Shown here piece by piece: positions 57,573 to 64,000 of a stretch of DNA of 64,000 nucleotides (position 1 is the stretch's first letter; each line of letters begins with the position of its first letter). This DNA comes from a virus. Made by a program: the position numbers and the translations under genes. The stretch is taken from positions 72,745 to 136,744 of the IMG/VR virus record IMGVR_UViG_3300024983_000001. One strand, given 5' to 3'. The notes beneath the pieces were generated by a model. It made no database searches. It was given only the letters and a program-made list of their open reading frames with translations, and was not told the DNA's origin.

Positions 57573-58183
57573 CTAGTGCCGTAGTTTATTTTGATGGTGG
57601 GTCGTCTACTCCCCCAGGAAAGAAAAAGAAAAACGAACTTAAAGTTTCGTGGGGTGTTGTCAGCTGCATGGAAGATGAGCAGATTGAAGTCAACGGCATG
57701 GTGGTGAAAAAGCGTGGTCAGGTGACGAGTGGTTGCCACGAATGGGTTGCCTTGATTGAAGCTACGTTACTCATGCACAATCGCGGCTATAAGCCACACG
57801 AATGTTCTTTTTACACGGATGACCAATTTATTGCCTTTGCCCACACATACGTGCAGGATGAGAATTATCTTATATCTTCACGTGATAAAGTGATTGCAAT
57901 GATTGATTATATTGTGCATTGGTTCTATCCAAATGCAGAAGGCCTGCGGGAACTGGTGTTTGATTATATCAAACACTCCCACATGAATTGGGTCAAGGGT
58001 CATGGTTTGAGTGTCTATAATTGTAGAGCAGACTATCTTGTGCGTCAAGCGCGGTCACAGGCGCCACTGCTGTCGTACGACAGATGGCTAGCTGACTTTT
58101 GTGTCCTTGGTGGCGAACGAGCACGGGCAATTGGAGCATCTTTTTTGAATGCTGACCGTTGTCATTTTAGAAATATGCTGTAA
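57569..58183 (+). CDS. Ribonuclease HI-like protein
   Basis: VYFDGG, HEWVAL, YTDD, WVKGH, NCRADYL. Confidence 0.78.
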   Translation: MTSAVVYFDGGSSTPPGKKKKNELKVSWGVVSCMEDEQIEVNGMVVKKRGQVTSGCHEWVALIEATLLMHNRGYKPHECSFYTDDQFIAFAHTYVQDENYLISSRDKVIAMIDYIVHWFYPNAEGLRELVFDYIKHSHMNWVKGHGLSVYNCRADYLVRQARSQAPLLSYDRWLADFCVLGGERARAIGASFLNADRCHFRNML

Positions 58184-58199
58184 AATATCTTTTGTTAAA

Positions 58200-58361
58200 T
58201 TAGAACAGAAGAAGTTGACTGCAATCTTCGTCTTCTGGTGTCAAGATGTCAGGCTGTGCATACTCGGCCCGAGTACTCCGACAAAACCCTTGCAGGGTGA
58301 GTAGTTGGACGAAAACGGCTGGGATGGGCGAGTTCGAATCTCGCGTGACTTTATCTAACCA
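58200..58361 (+). ncRNA. tRNA-like structured RNA
   Basis: TTAGA/TCTAA closing pair, T-arm GCGAG-TTCGAAT-CTCGC, 3' CCA. Confidence 0.45.
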
Positions 58362-58430
58362 GTTTCTGGGCTGACCCCCGAAAGCAGCGCCTGTAGAAAA
58401 CATCGGTCAGGATGTTATTATGAGGGTGAA

Positions 58431-58501
58431 GATTGTTCGTCTAGCGGCTAGGGCACCGGCAATTGCTGCCGGAAACAGCGGGTTCGAATCCCCTACAATC
58501 G
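58431..58501 (+). pseudogene. Degenerate tRNA (Glu/Gln-like body)
   Basis: D-arm GTCTAGCGGCTAGGGC, stem CCGGC/GCCGG with abnormal loop AATTGCT, GGGTTCGAATCCC. Confidence 0.55.
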
Positions 58502-58502
58502 T

Positions 58503-58841
58503 TTGCACAACACATATTTTGAAAGATTTCTTGTGAAAGATGTTACTGGAAAAACACTAGCTTTTGGACAGATGGTTGTGACTAATCTTCAGGGTTACAC
58601 AGCGGATCTTGTTCAAGCAACCGTTGTTGGTTTCACGGAAAAGAAGATTCGGTTAGCAACTGATACACCATGGGAACATGAAAAGGTGACTACATTTCTT
58701 AAATTTCCAGAACAAGTTGCAATTGTATCCACGAACAACAATGCAGAGGTTAGGGAATGGCGAATTCGATTCCCCCAATACGAATATCGGCCGCAAGATG
58801 GTTGCATTGCGCTTAAAGCAAAGTATACATTCCAAGACTAA
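58503..58841 (+). CDS. Hypothetical protein
   Basis: ORF track; start uncertain. Confidence 0.6.
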   Translation: MHNTYFERFLVKDVTGKTLAFGQMVVTNLQGYTADLVQATVVGFTEKKIRLATDTPWEHEKVTTFLKFPEQVAIVSTNNNAEVREWRIRFPQYEYRPQDGCIALKAKYTFQD

Positions 58842-58853
58842 CGAGAGGTAATT

Positions 58854-59027
58854 GTGGCAATTAAACTTTTTTACACCGATGATTGGATTCTCCTGAAAGA
58901 TGGCGATACAACCGTGTTTGCAGGACATTCTGTTTCAGCGTATGAGTTGAAAAACATTCTGGAAGAGATTACGATGGAACCTGTCTCCTTCAAGGAAATT
59001 TCTGTTGAAGAAATGGAGATGTTGTAA
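58854..59027 (+). CDS. Small acidic protein
   Basis: Not in ORF track; GAGG SD + GTG. Confidence 0.55.
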   Translation: MAIKLFYTDDWILLKDGDTTVFAGHSVSAYELKNILEEITMEPVSFKEISVEEMEML

Positions 59028-59034
59028 AAAGTTG

Positions 59035-59062
59035 TTGACTTTATAAATAAACAACGTATAAT
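59035..59062 (+). promoter_or_regulatory. Dual sigma70 + late promoter
   Basis: TTGACT-16 bp-TATAAT with TATAAATA inside the spacer. Confidence 0.8.
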
Positions 59063-59170
59063 AGATTTTGTTGTGATGAACACAGTTAATAATTCCCCCG
59101 GCGGGTTGAGTTGTTAACGACAGCGTAGATGAAAAAGTGTTCCTACGCTGACCTAATTTAAAGTAACAAT

Positions 59171-59247
59171 TGCGGGATGGAGCAGTGGTCAGCTCGCCGG
59201 TCTCATAAGCCGGAGGTCGTTGGTTCGAATCCAACTCCACGCAACCA
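59171..59247 (+). tRNA. tRNA-Met(CAT), initiator-like
   Basis: TGCGGGATGGAGCAG.., CTCATAA loop, CCA; one acceptor bulge. Confidence 0.8.
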
Positions 59248-59499
59248 AGAATTAGTTGGGTAGACGTACCCAAGAAGTAAACGCCAACCATCTTGGGAAC
59301 TAGGTGGTGATCGCAGGGAATCCAGCGTGCGAAAGGTGGCGGGGTAAAAGTCCTCACGAATAGTTCCCCGATATTGAAAAACATTCAATGCGACGTAGGC
59401 TGACAAGCGTCCCCCTGGTCGGATAAGGGTGAGAGTGGTGAAGGTAAGTGGTTAATCTTGCCTTCATACGATTTTTTGTAACCAGTTTTGAAAAATTGG

Positions 59500-59528
59500 T
59501 TGACTTTTATAAATAAGTCATATATAAT
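59500..59528 (+). promoter_or_regulatory. Dual sigma70 + late promoter of tRNA array
   Basis: TTGACT-17 bp-TATAAT with TATAAATA at 59508-59515. Confidence 0.85.
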
Positions 59529-59578
59529 TAATGTAACAATTGAGCAATGTGCTCGAAACCATTTAAGGAATGAATGAA

Positions 59579-59635
59579 ATGTTCACACTGAAGTCAAAAA
59601 GTTATTGTTCCAAACTCTTAGGGGGCTTATCCTAA
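59579..59635 (+). CDS. Attenuator leader peptide MFTLKSKSYCSKLLGGLS
   Basis: AAGGA SD 59565-59569; stop codon overlaps antiterminator strand. Confidence 0.8.
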   Translation: MFTLKSKSYCSKLLGGLS

Positions 59636-59703
59636 CGAGGCGACTTCGTTTGTTCATCCGAAACAGATTACTTCGCCCCGTTAGAAATAGCGGGGCTTTT
59701 TTT
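59618..59703 (+). terminator. Attenuator: 1:2, 2:3 (antiterminator), 3:4 (terminator)
   Basis: TTAGGG/TCCTAA; CTAACGAGGCGA/TCGCCCCGTTAG; GCCCCGTTA-GAAA-TAGCGGGGC-T7. Confidence 0.85.
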
Positions 59704-59715
59704 GTATGTAGTACT

Positions 59716-59731
59716 TGATCTTTTACAATTT
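59716..59731 (+). promoter_or_regulatory. rrn-type boxA-like antitermination site
   Basis: TGATCTTTTACAATTT versus TGCTCTTTAACAATTT. Confidence 0.6.
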
Positions 59732-59741
59732 GAAAATTTAT

Positions 59742-59815
59742 GCGGGTATGATGTAATGGTAGCCTGAAACCTTGCCGAGGTTTATGCCCCAGTTCGATTC
59801 TGGGTACCCGCTCCA
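59742..59815 (+). tRNA. tRNA-Gly(GCC)
   Basis: AAACC-TTGCCGA-GGTTT, TCCA end. Confidence 0.9.
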
Positions 59816-59832
59816 AAGAAGTTCTTTTTGGA

Positions 59833-59908
59833 GACCGTGTGACGAGAATGGTATTCGCCTGGATTGCAAACCCAGAATTCGTCAGTTCGATTCTGACCTC
59901 GGTCTCCA
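59833..59908 (+). tRNA. tRNA-Cys(GCA)
   Basis: TTGCAAA loop, U73, CCA. Confidence 0.85.
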
Positions 59909-59922
59909 AAGTGAATTTAAGG

Positions 59923-59995
59923 GCGTGCGTAGCTCAATTGGTAGAGCGTCTGGCTTCCAACCAGAATGTTGCAGGTTCGATTCCTGTCGCCCGCA
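59923..59995 (+). tRNA. tRNA-Gly(TCC)
   Basis: TCTGG-CTTCCAA-CCAGA; no encoded CCA. Confidence 0.85.
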
Positions 59996-60038
59996 CACAA
60001 TAGTAGAGTTGTCATAAATAGATATAGGAGGAACTATT

Positions 60039-60752
60039 ATGTTCTATTACATCTATCAAATCACCAACTTGGTGAATGGCAAAATCTACGTAGGAGTGCA
60101 CAAAACCGGCAATTTAGATGATGGTTATATGGGCTCTGGAAAAGTTATCAAACGAGCCATAAAGAAATATGGCATTGATAATTTTACAAAAGACGTGCTC
60201 GAATTTTTCGAGAGTGAAGAATTGATGTACGCAAAAGAGAAAGAAGTAGTAACTGAAAACTTTCTTGAGAGAGATGAAGTCTATAATTTACGCAGAGGTG
60301 GTTTGGGAGGATTTGACCATATTAATAAAAATTATGAAGAATTATGTATTCAAAATAGTAGAGCTAGAAAAAACACTGACAAAAAGTTGGAACAAAAATT
60401 AGGTAAGGATTGGAGGTCTGTAATAGGTAAGAAAGCTTCTGAAGCCGCACAACATCCATCCAGTAAAGCAAAACGACGCAAAACATTACTTGATAGAGGA
60501 ATACGGTCTGACGCTAGCTATATGCACACAGCAGAGGTTAATGAAAAAAGGAAACTTGCCTATAAACAAAACGGTCACTCGATCGGTGAAAAAAACTCAC
60601 AATTTGGTACTTGTGTGATAAGTTATCCATCGCTGGGTATAAAAAGAAAACGAATTAAAAAACATCTATTGTGTGAATATATCGATCAAGGTTGGATGTT
60701 AGGTGCCAAGAAGAAAGTATTTGAAATGTTTTATTTGGATGCTCCCCCGTAA
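60039..60752 (+). mobile_element. GIY-YIG homing endonuclease (Seg-like)
   Basis: YYIYQITNLVNGKIYVGVH..YMGSG..YNLRRGG; own ATAAATA promoter and AGGAGG SD. Confidence 0.9.
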
Positions 60753-60822
60753 TGGTATGGGCCCCGGCTGTAACCCGGTGAGCGGCTAGACCGAGTAGGT
60801 TCGATTCCTACAGCATCCACCA
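60737..60822 (+). tRNA. tRNA-Tyr(GTA)
   Basis: CCGG-CTGTAAC-CCGG, long variable arm, ACCA. Confidence 0.8.
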
Positions 60823-60839
60823 GTATTAAAATTTACATT

Positions 60840-60926
60840 GGGTCCATACGCTGCTAAGGACGCAGCCCGGTCTGTAAAACCGTAGCCTTTGTGCGTGGCA
60901 GGGATCGTTACCTGGACGGCGCACCA
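60840..60926 (+). tRNA. Atypical/pseudo tRNA-Tyr(GTA)
   Basis: CGGT-CTGTAAA-ACCG and ACCA, but weak acceptor stem and ATCGTTA T-loop. Confidence 0.5.
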
Positions 60927-60935
60927 GATTATTAT

Positions 60936-61064
60936 CACTGTGCTAGTTTAAAAGGCTAGAACACCTAACCAATAACACTTGTGACGTCCAGGTGTTGAGG
61001 TTCGGCGGGTCGCTCCCGTTTGTACAAAAGGAGGTGTGGGGTCGGTACCCACGCATGGTGTCCA
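60936..61064 (+). ncRNA. tRNA-like RNA with expanded anticodon domain
   Basis: 8-bp acceptor CACTGTGC/GCATGGTG, D- and T-arms, TCCA. Confidence 0.65.
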
Positions 61065-61074
61065 AATTAGTAAT

Positions 61075-61171
61075 GGAGATTGATCCCCCCGTCAGGCGCG
61101 TAACCTGATGTCTCTAAATAAGTCTGGGGGCGAATTAAGACGAGGTGGTTAAACTCCCCCAGTCTCCACCA
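61075..61171 (+). ncRNA. tRNA-like RNA (no canonical D-arm, CGT-loop hairpin)
   Basis: GGAGATTG/CAGTCTCC-ACCA; TCAGG-CGCGTAA-CCTGA. Confidence 0.55.
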
Positions 61172-61172
61172 T

Positions 61173-61247
61173 GTACCGCAAGCATTAATGGTGATGCAAT
61201 AGGCTCTTACCCTTTAGAACACGGATCGTTACCGTGGCGGTGCACCA
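61173..61247 (+). tRNA. tRNA-Lys(CTT)
   Basis: CTCTTAC loop, atypical ATCGTTA T-loop, ACCA. Confidence 0.75.
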
Positions 61248-61259
61248 ACGAATAATTTT

Positions 61260-61336
61260 GGGAGCGATGTCGACTGGGTAGACATCCGGCTTTTAACCGG
61301 AACACAGAGTGGGTTCGATTCCCTCCGCTCCCACCA
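61260..61336 (+). tRNA. tRNA-Lys(TTT)
   Basis: TCCGG-CTTTTAA-CCGGA, ACCA. Confidence 0.85.
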
Positions 61337-61420
61337 AAATTGAAATAGGTATGATCCGCGATACATGCGAAGGGACCCGGCTTGAAAGAGTACAGGTAAA
61401 ACTACAGCGGAAAAATATAT

Positions 61421-61505
61421 GCGTGAGTGGTGGAATGGTATACACGTTGGTCTAAGAAGCCAATGCCCTCGTGGATTGAGAGTTCGAGTCTCTCCTTACG
61501 CACCA
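61421..61505 (+). tRNA. tRNA-Leu(AAG)
   Basis: TTGGT-CTAAGAA-GCCAA, long variable arm, ACCA. Confidence 0.88.
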
Positions 61506-61508
61506 AAT

Positions 61509-61643
61509 ATCGAAGTGATGGGGAATTGGTATACCCTGGTGGTGGAATCATAGTGGGGAGCCCTGGGGAGCCAGGTAAGCGAAAGCGGTAACCCTTCCAA
61601 CAAACCGCAGCTTGTGTGGGTTCGAATCCCACCTTCGGTACCA
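61509..61643 (+). ncRNA. tRNA-like RNA with expanded anticodon domain
   Basis: ATCGAAG/CTTCGGT-ACCA, D-arm GGG-AATTGGTATA-CCC, GTGGGTTCGAATCCCAC. Confidence 0.7.
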
Positions 61644-61683
61644 GATAAGGAGGGCTCGAGTCCATGTCTCCTCCGCAAGTTAT

Positions 61684-61773
61684 GGAAGACGGGCAGGATG
61701 GTAATGCAGCGGATTGCTAATCCGTAGGCCCATTTACGTGGGTCACAGGGTTCGATTCCCTGGTCTTCCGCCA
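61684..61773 (+). tRNA. tRNA-Ser(GCT)
   Basis: GCGGA-TTGCTAA-TCCGT, long arm, GCCA. Confidence 0.9.
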
Positions 61774-61776
61774 TAT

Positions 61777-61874
61777 TTGACTGTGTTGTAATGGTAGCAA
61801 GGGGAAGTCCGAGGCGTGATGAGCGAAGTAGGCAACCAAATGCCCCCGAGGTGGTTCAATTCCACCCAGTCGAA
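61777..61874 (+). ncRNA. tRNA-like RNA with enlarged anticodon loop
   Basis: TTGACTG/CAGTCGA, D-arm, GGGG..CCCC, GGTGGTTCAATTCCACC. Confidence 0.6.
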
Positions 61875-61886
61875 TGAATAAGTTAT

Positions 61887-61965
61887 GCCCCTGTAGGCCA
61901 ATTAGGTAGAGTCGGTGGATTTAAAATCCATTTATGTGTCGGTTCGAATCCGACCAGGGGTACCA
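61887..61965 (+). tRNA. tRNA-Leu(TAA), short variable arm
   Basis: GTGGA-TTTAAAA-TCCAT, ACCA. Confidence 0.85.
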
Positions 61966-62096
61966 TATTAAAACACATCACCCTACCCAACGGGTGATAG
62001 ACAGTGGTTGGAAGGATCTATCCGTGTATTGGATTGCCGATGGAAGCTCCCGGGTTGCACCGGTGCCAAAGGACCCAATCGTGGTGTGTTTTAATA
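61966..62096 (+). ncRNA. Unknown structured RNA
   Basis: 16-bp closing stem TATTAAAACACATCAC/GTGGTGTGTTTTAATA. Confidence 0.6.
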
Positions 62097-62097
62097 T

Positions 62098-62193
62098 GGA
62101 GATGTTAGCCGAGTTGGCCTAGCGGCGGCTGTCTTGAAAACAGAGGGCCTGGTGTCCCCAGGTGTGTGAGTTCGAGTCTCACCTTCTCCGCCA
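62098..62193 (+). tRNA. tRNA-Ser(TGA)
   Basis: CTGT-CTTGAAA-ACAG, long arm, GCCA. Confidence 0.88.
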
Positions 62194-62305
62194 TATTTTT
62201 GTAGTCCATCCCAGGTGATGGGTAAATGGTGTTGCGAGCAGGTAATGCTGCTGATAAAGATCGAAGCGCAACTTAATAGGATTGTGTTCCACCTACTACA
62301 GCAAT

Positions 62306-62385
62306 GCCCGGGTACGCAATTTTGGTAAAGCGGCCTTCCTCAAAAGTAGGTGATTTTGTCAGTTCGACTCTGATCCCGGGTACCA
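62306..62385 (+). tRNA. tRNA-Leu(CAA), short variable arm
   Basis: CCTTC-CTCAAAA-GTAGG, ACCA. Confidence 0.75.
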
Positions 62386-62453
62386 AACAACATGCTGTGT
62401 ATCAGTCATAAGATGATGCGTAGTGCCACCGGGCAACCCCGTGGGTGGTGATT

Positions 62454-62530
62454 GCCCCCGTAGGCCAATTGGTAGAGTCACATGCCTTAGGAGCATGTCA
62501 GTGTCAGTTCGAATCTGACCGGGGGTACCA
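62454..62530 (+). tRNA. tRNA-Leu(TAG), short variable arm
   Basis: CATGC-CTTAGGA-GCATG, ACCA. Confidence 0.85.
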
Positions 62531-62542
62531 GATATTAGCAAC

Positions 62543-62619
62543 GCCCAGGTAGCGCAATCGGTAGAGGCAATAGATTCAAAACCTATTTAGTGTGGGTTCG
62601 AATCCCACCCTGGGCACCA
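62543..62619 (+). tRNA. tRNA-Leu(CAA), short variable arm
   Basis: ATAGA-TTCAAAA-CCTAT, ACCA. Confidence 0.8.
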
Positions 62620-62625
62620 AACAAC

Positions 62626-62741
62626 GCAAGCGTGGTGGAATGGTATACACTCTGGTCTTGTGCAGAGTATCTGCTAAAGCGGGTACTCGACAGAAGCCAG
62701 CGCCGTGAGGATTGAGAGTTCGAGTCTCTCCGCTTGCACCA
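62626..62741 (+). tRNA. tRNA-Leu (CAG or TAG) with 32-nt anticodon-loop insertion
   Basis: Body nearly identical to Leu(AAG) at 61421; hairpin insert 62659-62690. Confidence 0.8.
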
Positions 62742-62881
62742 TAACATAGGAAATCGAGATGAGTAAATTTGATGAAGAATCAGTGAAGCTGTTCAAGCAG
62801 CTCCGTAAACAAAATAAAAAGGGTTGACTTTTTTATAACGAGATAGTAGGATGTAATCCTCACGATCAATAGGAGAATTAC

Positions 62882-63385
62882 ATGTTGGAATTTTTTGCTG
62901 GATTGGCGACGGGCTATTTGCTCACGTGGCCAACTTTGATTACGCTTGCTGTCCTCGGCATTCTGTTTGAACACAATAACGTACGTGGTTTTGCAGTATT
63001 CACAGCAATCGTGAGTGCTGTCCTCGCTTTTTTCTTCTTCGACATCTCTCTCAAAAACTTGGCAATTGGTAGTGCCGTCTATCTTGTCATTGGGGTGTTG
63101 TGGAGTTTTTGGCGATATAAACGACACGCTGATAAAGCGGTTGAAGAGATCAAACAAATGACAGATGATGCATATCGTAAGTATGCTATCAAGGCTCTTC
63201 ACCCAAGTCAGATGATTGATACTTTCGTAGCGTGGATCATTGTGTGGCCGTTCAGTTTGGTGGAAAATTTGACTGCGGATATCATTAATGGCATCCAACG
63301 ACTTGTTACGACTGCATTCAAGTCAGTTTATAACAAGATTTATACGTCAGCTATCAAGAACATTTCCCTCGAAACCAAAGACTGA
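62882..63385 (+). CDS. Multi-pass membrane protein
   Basis: AGGAG SD; four hydrophobic segments; WIIVWPFS. Confidence 0.8.
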   Translation: MLEFFAGLATGYLLTWPTLITLAVLGILFEHNNVRGFAVFTAIVSAVLAFFFFDISLKNLAIGSAVYLVIGVLWSFWRYKRHADKAVEEIKQMTDDAYRKYAIKALHPSQMIDTFVAWIIVWPFSLVENLTADIINGIQRLVTTAFKSVYNKIYTSAIKNISLETKD

Positions 63386-63428
63386 ATAAAGGTGGGGGTG
63401 ACCCCGCCTTTACCACAAAGGAGCTTAA

Positions 63429-63629
63429 ATGGATACCGAGAAGAAATTAACCGAAGACGAACAGGTGTTCGGCGAAAACGTATTTGTTTACTGTAACCAA
63501 CATCTGCGCCCACATCTCACTGGGTGGTGCACCGTCCCTGCCCGTAATAAAATCAAGTTGAAAGCAACCAATCACGTTGAAGCTGGATTGGAGTGCAAAG
63601 AGATGGGTTATAAACTTTATGAAGGCTAG
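63429..63629 (+). CDS. Hypothetical protein
   Basis: AAGGAG SD; YCNQHLRPHLTGWC. Confidence 0.7.
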   Translation: MDTEKKLTEDEQVFGENVFVYCNQHLRPHLTGWCTVPARNKIKLKATNHVEAGLECKEMGYKLYEG

Positions 63630-63687
63630 TTGACTTTGACCCTTAATATTGGTAGAGTCACTTCATTCAATCAACCAAGGAATACAA

Positions 63688-63921
63688 ATGCCCAAGCGTT
63701 TTCAAGTTACTCTGCCTGGTAAAAGCGTGCCTGATCTGCGTGCTACACAAGGTGGGTGCAGTACTTCCGCTCCCCTCACTGAAGATGTTTATGCTGATGA
63801 GTGGGAACTCTACGACGGCGTATTGGTATTCCGTCAATATCAAGAATACGGTAAGCCATCCATCGTCGCCATGGCTTATGCTGTCGGTGCCTGGTTGACC
63901 TTCCAGGAAGTTGAGGACTAA
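63688..63921 (+). CDS. Hypothetical protein
   Basis: AAGGA SD before MPKRF. Confidence 0.65.
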   Translation: MPKRFQVTLPGKSVPDLRATQGGCSTSAPLTEDVYADEWELYDGVLVFRQYQEYGKPSIVAMAYAVGAWLTFQEVED

Positions 63922-63924
63922 ATT

Positions 63925-64000
63925 ATGCCGATGTTGAAACTTGATAATATTCCTGCTGATGAGCACGAAAACGTCATGACATCTTTTTGGACGATGATGC
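63925..64000 (+). CDS. Hypothetical protein (partial)
   Basis: GAGGA SD, open to window end. Confidence 0.5.
   Translation, partial: MPMLKLDNIPADEHENVMTSFWTMM

Noticed and set aside
61805-61840. Hammerhead ribozyme core (TGATGAGCGAA)
   Set aside because: Lacks the C of CUGAnGA, stem II and a complete GAAA.
59583-62541. ORF-track proteins across the tRNA array other than the GIY-YIG gene
   Set aside because: They overlap tRNA cloverleaves and read as translated tRNA sequence.
62543-62619. Opal suppressor tRNA (TCA)
   Set aside because: The 7-nt loop TTCAAAA places CAA at 34-36, giving Leu.

Overview
A 64-kb segment of a large T4-related (jumbo-type) dsDNA bacteriophage genome. Evidence: dense small genes, T4-type late promoters (TAAATA), many sigma70-like early promoters, homing endonucleases and a tRNA array; there are no host housekeeping operons. 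1-32.9 kb is an AT-rich middle/late region. It holds an NAD+ salvage cluster (Nampt, NadM-Nudix, NadR-like kinase, Nudix, SLOG), GMP reductase, a GH108 endolysin, PbpG, a PLD nuclease, an amidinotransferase, an M17 peptidase, an ATP-grasp gene and fibre/adhesin genes. 32.9-35.4 kb is a largely non-coding island of dyad repeats (candidate origin or terminus). 35.4-59 kb is an early region of small genes transcribed divergently from ~52.43 kb by a stereotyped promoter. 59.1-62.8 kb is a tRNA/ncRNA array. Top finding: the main tRNA array is preceded by a complete ribosome-mediated attenuator (promoter, 18-codon leader peptide, alternative 1:2/2:3/3:4 hairpins, terminator). The last 15 leader codons encode only Leu, Ser, Lys, Gly, Tyr and Cys, the amino-acid families of the tRNAs downstream, suggesting a sensor that switches on replacement tRNAs when host tRNAs fail. 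Second: four genes of the NAD cluster share a covarying twin-hairpin 5' leader (GAYAGAC loop plus an SD-sequestering GGA loop). Third: a c-di-GMP-I riboswitch precedes a secreted protein. All calls are by eye from sequence motifs; no database searches were run.
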